This document shows positions 38,429 through 46,215 of a stretch of 64,000 bases of DNA, piece by piece. The stretch is from the IMG/VR virus record IMGVR_UViG_3300021400_000063; one strand, 5' to 3'. Position numbers and translations under genes: made by a program. The notes under the pieces were generated by a model. It saw nothing but the letters and a program-made list of their open reading frames with translations. It was not told where the DNA came from and did not search any database. Every line of letters begins with the position of its first letter. Positions within the stretch are counted from its first letter, which is position 1. This stretch comes from a virus (Duplodnaviria > Caudoviricetes).

Positions 38429-38596
38429 ATGTGTGATTCAAATTCAGATAAAATGAAAGAATACGAAGAACATGCCCGTGGTAATGAAAGTCTTCGTGAC
38501 CAAATGGATGGTCGTCTTAACGAGCCTCGTTTGGAAAAATCTATGGAAAATTCCGCAGAAAATCAGCAGCGTGACCCAGCTCAATCAATGGGTTAA
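38429..38596 (+). CDS. Small hydrophilic protein (55 aa) missing from the ORF track
   Basis: AAGGAG RBS, ATG 38429 to TAA 38596, MCDSNSDKMKEYEEHARGNESLRDQMDGRLNEPRLEKSMENSAENQQRDPAQSMG; fills the operon gap exactly. Confidence 0.8.
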   Translation: MCDSNSDKMKEYEEHARGNESLRDQMDGRLNEPRLEKSMENSAENQQRDPAQSMG

Positions 38597-38610
38597 GGAG
38601 TAAAACTTAT

Positions 38611-39345
38611 ATGGCAGTTGAATCTAATGAAAATAAATCAAATCAGGTATATCATTTGTATGCTCAGATGTCTAAGACATTTTTCAGCTACAAGAAACCT
38701 GCCGATGGAAAAGCTTATGCTTTTGTAAATATCATGTATCATGATGGAAAATTGACTCTTCGTTTTAAACGTGGAATTACTTCCGAAAATGTACTTGATC
38801 TCACATGTTATCTTTCACCTGCAAAAGCTTATGATGCTGCTCGCCTTCTTGAAGGTATTATGGGTAGACGTCGTGAAGCTTATGCTGCTGGTAAGAATTA
38901 TCAGTCTGACGAAGTTTACAAGATTCCTACATCAGCTTATCGTGATGGACAGGAAGTTCCAACAGGATATCTTATAATTGATACAGAAATGTATGATGGC
39001 ATTCCAAGACTTCGTCTTTCATATCATGATCTTGAAAAGAATGATTCTGTTGAAGTTGTATTCAATTCACGTGTTCCATCAGGTGAAATCGAAGCTTCAA
39101 CAAGTCTTGATTTCAAGATTGATTATGCGGATATCGAAGCATATGAATTTGTAACAACATTCAAAGAATTACAGGATCCTCTGATTCCTATGATTTATCG
39201 TATGCAGGATGCTGCTGTTAATACAATCACCAAATATATCAGTGCTTGTTTCAAAAACTTCCATAGTGCTGGTAATAGATCTGGTGGTTATAACAATTCT
39301 TCAAATTATGGTGGTGAAGAAGAATTTGCTGATTCACCATTTTAA
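38611..39345 (+). CDS. Probable single-stranded DNA-binding protein
   Basis: Beta-rich core, G/N/S linker and acidic tail EEEFADSPF like the SSB DDDIPF tip. Confidence 0.5.
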   Translation: MAVESNENKSNQVYHLYAQMSKTFFSYKKPADGKAYAFVNIMYHDGKLTLRFKRGITSENVLDLTCYLSPAKAYDAARLLEGIMGRRREAYAAGKNYQSDEVYKIPTSAYRDGQEVPTGYLIIDTEMYDGIPRLRLSYHDLEKNDSVEVVFNSRVPSGEIEASTSLDFKIDYADIEAYEFVTTFKELQDPLIPMIYRMQDAAVNTITKYISACFKNFHSAGNRSGGYNNSSNYGGEEEFADSPF

Positions 39346-39424
39346 TAATATTTTATAAAAAATATGGAAAAGAAACTAGTTAAGTATAAACTAGTTTCTT
39401 TTTTATAAGGAGAAATATAATCCT

Positions 39425-41479
39425 ATGGATAAAATGTCTGAAGAAATGAAGACTGAAAAAGACTTCATTGAGAAGATGGAAGCTTCTAGTGTTCCTAAAG
39501 AAGCAATTCCTACAAAATCCGAAGCTGATATCGAACGTGAAAATCTTCAAATGGAAATGATGATTAAATCTAAAGAAGAATCTAAAGATGCATTCAATGA
39601 AGAAAAAGAAGATACTCCACGTGTAACTATCGATGAATTACAAGCTTCACCTGTTACTTCAGAAGCATTACACAATCTTAGTAAAGATGCTAAGATTTCA
39701 AATACTGAACCTGAAATAACACATATTAATCTTGAAATTACAGCTAAACGTCCTACTGACGATGCTCCTTGGGCTGAGGAACAAACTCCAATTCAAGAAG
39801 AAACTCCTGTAGTTAAAGACGAACTAATTGTTGAAGAAAAAGAAAATAAGAAAGAAGAATCTCCTAAAGAAGAAATTAAAGAACCTAAACCACAGGTTGT
39901 TTCTAAACCTAAAGTTGAAAAAGAAGTTTCTGTTGTATCTGCTGCAGAAGCCGCAGTTATTAAAGAAACAGAAGAAGAAAAATCACAGCTTGGAAAAGAA
40001 ATAATTACCGATGATATGGATCAGCGTGTTCGTGAAGAAAACATTGAAATCAGAAAAGCTAATGAAGCTCGTCTTGGTGAAATAGATGATGATGAACTTA
40101 CACCTGAAAAAGTAATCGATACATTCAATAATAACTATGAAGATTCTGAAGAAGTTAATAATTCCGATAATAAAGAAGTTGAAATTGTTGACGATTCTTC
40201 TGAAGATACAAAAGAAAAAGTAGAAGCTGCTATTGAAAAGGCTGCTGAAGAACCACGTGAACATAATTATTTTGGTGGCGATGGTGTACAAACAGCTTTC
40301 AAGCTTCGTACGGCTAAAGTAGCTAAAGTTCTTAGAAACATTAAACTTGAAGATACGAATTCTATTACAGCTACTGATATTTCTAAGAAAACACAGAAAG
40401 AACAGCAGAATATTTATATGACTACAGTACTTCCAACACTGCAACCTAGTTATTCAGTTGTACCATTTGTTGTTTCTGGTGTAGTTATTACAATGACTGC
40501 TTTCCAATGGGTCGATATTAAAGATATTTGTAAGATCGACGAAAAGGTAGATGAACTCGATCCTTCTTCAGATGATTACATTTATAATAAAAACCTTCTT
40601 TTCTTGGAAAAACGTGAAAAACAGATGGATATCTTCTATAAACATATTTATTCTGTATCTGGTTTTGAAAATAAACCTTCTAAACATAAGTTGTTTGGTG
40701 AAATTATCAAATTCCCAGATTTCCAACAGTTATTCTTTGCTGCTTATGCTGCTACATTCCAGAAACCAACAACTATTGGTTTAACATGTGCTACTTGTGG
40801 AGCAACACACGATCTTTCAGTAGGTTCTAAAGATCTTTGTTTCTTACTTAATAAGCACATTGAATATGATAAGCTTGCTAAATATATTAATAAGGGAGCT
40901 ATCAGTGGTTCATCTACTGCTGAAGTATATGAAGAATTCCAGAAAGAAAAAGTTGTAGAATCTGCTAATAAGATTTATCGTATTCAGCAGAAACTTCCTA
41001 TTTCTTCTTTCATTTACGAACTTCAGGTTCCTTATGTTGAACAGGCTTATGCTGCTCTTGCAGAAATTATTGAAAAATTCAGAGATAAACCTCTTGAATA
41101 TGTTGATGAAGATACAGAACAGGTTGTATCGATCGATTCAACATTTGGTTTACCAGATTATATGATTGAATTGAGAAAATATATTTATCTCAAATCTCTC
41201 ATGGTTCCACATATTGTCGATGATCAGTCTAATGCTACAAAAGTTTCATACATTAGATTCACTGATCTTGATGGTATTATTGATTCTGTTTATAATCTTT
41301 CTCCAGAAGATTATAATACACTTATGGACGATCCTCGTTTGAATTCAATTATGAATATTTCCGGTATTCGTCACCTTATTGATGGAAAACAATGTCCTGA
41401 AGAATCTTGTGGAGCAGAACTTGGCTTATTGCCTGTAGAACCTGAAACACTTTTTTTTATGATCGCGCGGCGAAACTAG
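39425..41479 (+). CDS. Probable tail/baseplate assembly chaperone with Zn-ribbon cysteines and a long acidic N-terminus
   Basis: CATCG and CPEESCG pairs, ends ...ETLFF at a T8 slippery run; about 280-aa low-complexity E/K/P N-terminus. Confidence 0.55.
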   Translation: MDKMSEEMKTEKDFIEKMEASSVPKEAIPTKSEADIERENLQMEMMIKSKEESKDAFNEEKEDTPRVTIDELQASPVTSEALHNLSKDAKISNTEPEITHINLEITAKRPTDDAPWAEEQTPIQEETPVVKDELIVEEKENKKEESPKEEIKEPKPQVVSKPKVEKEVSVVSAAEAAVIKETEEEKSQLGKEIITDDMDQRVREENIEIRKANEARLGEIDDDELTPEKVIDTFNNNYEDSEEVNNSDNKEVEIVDDSSEDTKEKVEAAIEKAAEEPREHNYFGGDGVQTAFKLRTAKVAKVLRNIKLEDTNSITATDISKKTQKEQQNIYMTTVLPTLQPSYSVVPFVVSGVVITMTAFQWVDIKDICKIDEKVDELDPSSDDYIYNKNLLFLEKREKQMDIFYKHIYSVSGFENKPSKHKLFGEIIKFPDFQQLFFAAYAATFQKPTTIGLTCATCGATHDLSVGSKDLCFLLNKHIEYDKLAKYINKGAISGSSTAEVYEEFQKEKVVESANKIYRIQQKLPISSFIYELQVPYVEQAYAALAEIIEKFRDKPLEYVDEDTEQVVSIDSTFGLPDYMIELRKYIYLKSLMVPHIVDDQSNATKVSYIRFTDLDGIIDSVYNLSPEDYNTLMDDPRLNSIMNISGIRHLIDGKQCPEESCGAELGLLPVEPETLFFMIARRN

Positions 41480-41904
41480 AAAGACTAGAAAAAGAAATAG
41501 CCGCACTCAAAGCTAAGAATGGAAAAGAAACAACAACTAATTCTACCAAAGAAGATCAAGATGATAATAACGACATATTAAACAATAATCTATTTGTGAT
41601 AATGAAGAAGAAACAGAAAAAAGTTACGCATGATGTTATGGATAAGCAATCCGATAGAATCATGCAAAATATTCTTAATGCTTCTAAGTTACTTGAAGGT
41701 CGTTTCACATTTGATCAATTGGTAGAATTGGATATTCCTAACTTTGAGAATATCGTAAATAATGAGTTTGCTAATATTGATAATTCTTACGAAGCTTTTA
41801 CTAAGAACGGAACTATCAATGCATATACTAGGAACGAAGTTATGAATATGGATAATAAAGTGTTACAAGAATTTAACCGTAAGACAACCATTAAAACACC
41901 CTAA
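41452..41904 (+). CDS. -1 frameshift extension of 39425-41479 (G/GT-type product)
   Basis: The -1 frame is open from T TTT TTT (41452-41458) to TAA 41904; no RBS before GTG 41596. Confidence 0.65.
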   Translation, partial: FFYDRAAKLERLEKEIAALKAKNGKETTTNSTKEDQDDNNDILNNNLFVIMKKKQKKVTHDVMDKQSDRIMQNILNASKLLEGRFTFDQLVELDIPNFENIVNNEFANIDNSYEAFTKNGTINAYTRNEVMNMDNKVLQEFNRKTTIKTP

Positions 41905-41954
41905 TTGTAATACTTAAATTTTTCATTTTATGATGGAGTATTAATATATTCAAA

Positions 41955-42326
41955 ATGGCAAGCAAATCTAATTTGACATTTATTGATTTCATTACTGAAA
42001 TCGCTAAAGAATGTCTTTCGAATACAGGAACTGAAGCATCACCATACGATGTTGAATTCGCTAATCATTATCAATCTCTTTATGATTTTGAAACTAATAA
42101 TAAAGCGAGAAATAAAGTTCCAGAGATTACTAAAGTAATCCAAAACAATAAAAAGAAATCTGTTATTGCAGAGTTCAAAGAATCATCTACGTTAGATGTT
42201 GATAAAATCAAATCTTATTGTGATGATCATAATCTTGAATGTGATATTCAGGATGGACACTTAAAATCTGTTACAATTAATAAAAACTCTAAAGGAGTTA
42301 TGGAGGAAAGAAAATGGGAGAAATAA
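41955..42326 (+). CDS. Hypothetical protein
   Basis: 123 aa, overlaps the chaperonin start. Confidence 0.75.
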   Translation: MASKSNLTFIDFITEIAKECLSNTGTEASPYDVEFANHYQSLYDFETNNKARNKVPEITKVIQNNKKKSVIAEFKESSTLDVDKIKSYCDDHNLECDIQDGHLKSVTINKNSKGVMEERKWEK

Positions 42327-44431
42327 ATTCTGCCGAAATGGAAAAATTTGCTAATGAAATCGATAATAAACTGGAAAACTCTCCTGAAAGTGTAATTAAA
42401 GAATCATTTAGTGGTGATTTCCAGGAAATGAATATTTCTGATATTGGTTTCGGGGAAAAGGATTACAAATCTTCAAACCCAAATATTTTGAAAAATGATG
42501 CGGTTGTTAATGAAATTAAAAAGATTTCAGCTGCTGCAGAAACAGCCATAGCTCACACAATTGGTCCTTATGCTGATAACACATTAGTTCAAACATATTA
42601 TACTCGGGAAGTTCCAGTTTATAATACTAGGGATGGTTATACAATTCTTCAGAATATGAAGTTTACACAGCCTATTCCTAATGCTATTTTCAAAATTATT
42701 CGTCAGACTTCTGAATATATGAATGAAAAGATTGGTGACTCTACATCATCTGGTATTCCTATTCAGAATGCTCTCTATACTAAACTTGTAGAAATTTTCA
42801 AAACTTCTAATGAAGGTGGATGGAAATTCTCTCCAGTTGGTATTCGAAATATTTGTAAGATCTGTGGCGATGTTATTATTAGCCACATTCGTGATAATCC
42901 AATTTATCAGAAATCTTTCAAAAAAGTAAATTCATCAGATGAACTTACTAAAGAAGAAAAAGAAGAAATCATTAAGTGGCTTTCTAAGATTGCAACTATT
43001 TCAGCAAACAATGATTATTTGACTGGTGAAAGAATTGCAAGACTTTATGAAAATAAACTTGATGGTCGTGGTGATGTAATTGTTCTTCGTTCAAATACTG
43101 AAGAAGAATATGTAAAAGAAAGTGATGCTTATGTACTTTCAATGGGATTGCTTGATCTTGAAGCTATGGCTAATACACCTGATAAGACTTCATGGGAAGC
43201 TGATAAACCATTGATTGCCATGTTTGATGGTAATCTTTATGCTACAGATCTTCCTGTATTTAAGCAGATTGTACAAACAGTTGCATTTGATATGCATAGA
43301 CCATTGTTTGTAATTGCACCACAGTATGATAAAGATATCGCAGATTATCTTCGCAAATGTATTTCTGGTACTTATTACAATTCTCTTGGTCAGGAACTTA
43401 ACGATCCTAAGTCTGATCCAGATTCTCGTCCAGCTAGAGTTGATATCGCTTGTATCGTTCTTCGTAACAAAGAAATTGCTGATGCTGCAGAATTTGATGA
43501 TCTCAGAATGATGGTACGTGCTAATCCATTCCAGACAATGTATACTAAACTTTCTCCATTTGCAGAAGATCGTGAAACACGTTGTAAACAGATTGAAGGA
43601 ATGTTTGGTACATGTGAACATATTTCTGCTGGTTATGCTGATGTTAACTTCATTGGTACAAATCCTGTTAAAGAAGAATTTGATAAGAAGATTGCTATGC
43701 TTAATGATAAGCTTGTAGCTCTTAAGAAAGCAACAAATCATTTTAATGATTGGACAGTTGCAGATCTTAATATGCGTATTGAAAAGCTTCAGTCTCGTAC
43801 AACTTACTATTATTGTGGTGGACGTACAGACAATGCTAAGTATGCAAGAAAGCTTATTATCGATGATGCTGTTCAGGCAGTTTCATCCGCTATCAAGAAT
43901 GGTGGAGTTTCAATCGGAAGTAATATCAGTGTTTGTCACTATATCGAACATAATATCAACAATCTTGTTGATGAAATTATGCAGAAGATTACAGATGCCA
44001 AACTCAATATTACTGCTGCTGAAAATTATAGCAATGTTCGTCAGATTGTAAAATTGATTCTTGAATCTATTGAATTCTCATTTGGTAATGGTTATCGCTA
44101 TGCATTATTTAATATGTATCGTGATTCTAAGAAAACTATGGCTAAATGGAGAGAATGTATTGAAAAAGAAACACCATCTGTTTACAATATCATGACAAAT
44201 ATGATTGAACAGTTTGATGGAAATGATCCTGACAATTGTACAACATTGATTGTTCCAAAAGAAACAGATGCATGTCTTATTAAAATCATTCTTGAAACTG
44301 TAGGCGATTTGTTGACTGTAGGTAATATGATTACATTACTTTCACCAAATATGGATCTTGAAGCTCTTCAGTTGAAACAGCTTGAAACTGGTGCAGCTTA
44401 TATGGCTCAGAATTCAATGATTTCAATGTAA
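42314..44431 (+). CDS. groEL: Phage GroEL-like chaperonin
   Basis: TIGPY (cf. TLGPK), TRDGYTI (TKDGVTV), IGDSTSS (GDGTTT), ATISANND, IDDAVQAVSSAIKNGGV (EDALxATRAAVEEGV). Confidence 0.88.
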   Translation: MGEINSAEMEKFANEIDNKLENSPESVIKESFSGDFQEMNISDIGFGEKDYKSSNPNILKNDAVVNEIKKISAAAETAIAHTIGPYADNTLVQTYYTREVPVYNTRDGYTILQNMKFTQPIPNAIFKIIRQTSEYMNEKIGDSTSSGIPIQNALYTKLVEIFKTSNEGGWKFSPVGIRNICKICGDVIISHIRDNPIYQKSFKKVNSSDELTKEEKEEIIKWLSKIATISANNDYLTGERIARLYENKLDGRGDVIVLRSNTEEEYVKESDAYVLSMGLLDLEAMANTPDKTSWEADKPLIAMFDGNLYATDLPVFKQIVQTVAFDMHRPLFVIAPQYDKDIADYLRKCISGTYYNSLGQELNDPKSDPDSRPARVDIACIVLRNKEIADAAEFDDLRMMVRANPFQTMYTKLSPFAEDRETRCKQIEGMFGTCEHISAGYADVNFIGTNPVKEEFDKKIAMLNDKLVALKKATNHFNDWTVADLNMRIEKLQSRTTYYYCGGRTDNAKYARKLIIDDAVQAVSSAIKNGGVSIGSNISVCHYIEHNINNLVDEIMQKITDAKLNITAAENYSNVRQIVKLILESIEFSFGNGYRYALFNMYRDSKKTMAKWRECIEKETPSVYNIMTNMIEQFDGNDPDNCTTLIVPKETDACLIKIILETVGDLLTVGNMITLLSPNMDLEALQLKQLETGAAYMAQNSMISM

Positions 44432-44487
44432 AACTTTGTGAAGTAGTATAACTTTCTTATATATTTTATATAGGAAGGAGGTTAACT

Positions 44488-44751
44488 ATGAAAGGAATTA
44501 ATGTTAACCCCCGAAGGGATTTTGTTAGTGCTAGATATGGAAAGTTTGCTTCTAGTGCTAACAAATCATCATTTGGGGCAGGAAGTAGTAGATCTTTAGG
44601 TTTTAGAAGATCTGATCCTGGACACGAATCATCTAAAAATGATTTCATGTCGAAATTAAAAAATAATTCTACACCAGGAAATGTTTATATTCCATCAAAT
44701 GGTGTCGAATCAATTAATGTCAACAATTATATTGAAAATTTGTTGATGTAA
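44488..44751 (+). CDS. Small hypothetical protein
   Basis: 87 aa, AGGAGG RBS, early motif at 44457-44465, terminator after. Confidence 0.8.
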   Translation: MKGINVNPRRDFVSARYGKFASSANKSSFGAGSSRSLGFRRSDPGHESSKNDFMSKLKNNSTPGNVYIPSNGVESINVNNYIENLLM

Positions 44752-44805
44752 ATTAATTAAAGAACGAGTTTTAATAAACTCGTTCTTTTTTTCGAGGTCA
44801 AATTT

Positions 44806-45531
44806 ATGAGAAATAATAAAACAGTTTCTCAAGATCAAGTAATTAGAGAATTATATCATTCTCTTGAAAATCTTAAAAAAGATGCTTATAAAACTATTGA
44901 AAGAATTTGGAAAAAGGTTGGTTATAAACCAGATCCTTATAGTTCAATAGATTTAATTGATGTCTTTGTAATGTTGATGTTTGGTGAATCTAAATATGAT
45001 GAAAATATTACTAAGAAAATAGATTTTAATAAAAATAAAAATCTCATCAAGAATAGTATCCTTTCAATGGGATTTGAAAATTCTATAATTATTCTTAGAG
45101 AAACTTCACATTTTGTAGAAGATTTCCTATCGAAATTTGCTGATAAATTTAGAACTCTTAACGGTAGCGATTTCAATGATCCTGATTCATATCTTACAGA
45201 AGATGAAGTGAAACGTTTAGATGAATTTATTTTTGATCAATCTTGGATGGCAACTCATTGTAATTCAAATATTATTTCAATGAGTACAATGTATAGAAAT
45301 ATTTCATCAAGACCTTTATCTAAAGTAAAACGTGATTCATTAAAAAGATATTTCTTTAATCATGTTTATGATCTTAAAAACAATGTTAAAATTTTCGATA
45401 AAGACGATATGTTCTTTGGAGAAACTAATTTAATCATGACTTTTTTTGATTATATCTGTGATTATATTTTCGGTGATTTTATTACTACTTACAATGTTTT
45501 GGACACACTTTTTAAATCATTTATTCAGTAA
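44806..45531 (+). CDS. Hypothetical protein
   Basis: 241 aa, GAGG RBS. Confidence 0.8.
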   Translation: MRNNKTVSQDQVIRELYHSLENLKKDAYKTIERIWKKVGYKPDPYSSIDLIDVFVMLMFGESKYDENITKKIDFNKNKNLIKNSILSMGFENSIIILRETSHFVEDFLSKFADKFRTLNGSDFNDPDSYLTEDEVKRLDEFIFDQSWMATHCNSNIISMSTMYRNISSRPLSKVKRDSLKRYFFNHVYDLKNNVKIFDKDDMFFGETNLIMTFFDYICDYIFGDFITTYNVLDTLFKSFIQ

Positions 45532-45564
45532 AATTAAAAGTGGACATTTTTGTCCACTTTTCTT

Positions 45565-45626
45565 TTATATATTATTATAATGTAAAGAATTTGTATAAGT
45601 TCTTAATATTATAATTTTATTAAGGA
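45565..45626 (+). promoter_or_regulatory. Early promoter plus conserved GTAT-loop leader hairpin (copy 3)
   Basis: Matches 32691-32752 except for one compensatory C-G to T-A pair in the stem. Confidence 0.8.
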
Positions 45627-45634
45627 GAAATCTT

Positions 45635-46120
45635 ATGATTTTCAACACTACTGAAGATGGTAAAGGATTCAAATGTGATTTGTCTGAAGCTGAATTAAAT
45701 CTTGCTGAAAAGAATCCTGAAAGTTTTAAAAACTATTTGGATTATCAAACAAAACTCAGAGAAGATTTTTTAGCTGATATCAGAGATCAGAAAATTCGTG
45801 AACATGAATTAATGAAACAGCAAAATGAATTAAAATATGCCGATCTCAAAGATCAGCGTGAGAAAGATCTGGAAAATATCAAAAATCAGCGTGAAAATGA
45901 TCTGGAAAATGCTAAAGATCAGCGTAATCATGATTATAGATGTCGCGAATTAGATGCTAAAGAATCAAAAGACTATAGAGATTTTGATGAAAAGCGTAGA
46001 AAAGATGCATGGGCATTTATACTAAGTGTCGGTACAGCAGCTATTAACAATTTCTGTTCAAATTATCAGATAGATCCGTTACCATCAAATGCTTCTTTAG
46101 ATAAACCAAAAGAAGAATAA
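45635..46120 (+). CDS. Small coiled-coil protein, paralog of 32763-33179
   Basis: ELNLAEKNPESFKNYL; 11-aa repeat KDQREKDLENI; hydrophobic AWAFILSVG near the C-terminus. Confidence 0.85.
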   Translation: MIFNTTEDGKGFKCDLSEAELNLAEKNPESFKNYLDYQTKLREDFLADIRDQKIREHELMKQQNELKYADLKDQREKDLENIKNQRENDLENAKDQRNHDYRCRELDAKESKDYRDFDEKRRKDAWAFILSVGTAAINNFCSNYQIDPLPSNASLDKPKEE

Positions 46121-46180
46121 ATTATTCTAAATGATTTGAAGAAGACTTATTATAATAAGTCTTCTTTTTTTCGATGAAGG

Positions 46181-46193
46181 ACAAAATAATATA
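46181..46193 (+). promoter_or_regulatory. Late-type promoter
   Basis: ACAAAATAATATA. Confidence 0.65.
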
Positions 46194-46215
46194 CTAGAAT
46201 AAGGGGAATGTTCCT

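Noticed and set aside
41596-41904. Independent 102-aa gene starting at GTG 41596
   Set aside because: No SD, and the frame is open back to the slippery site, so it is treated as a frameshift extension.
41955-42326. GroES co-chaperonin upstream of groEL
   Set aside because: Size fits roughly, but there is no PLxDRV or mobile-loop GGI motif.
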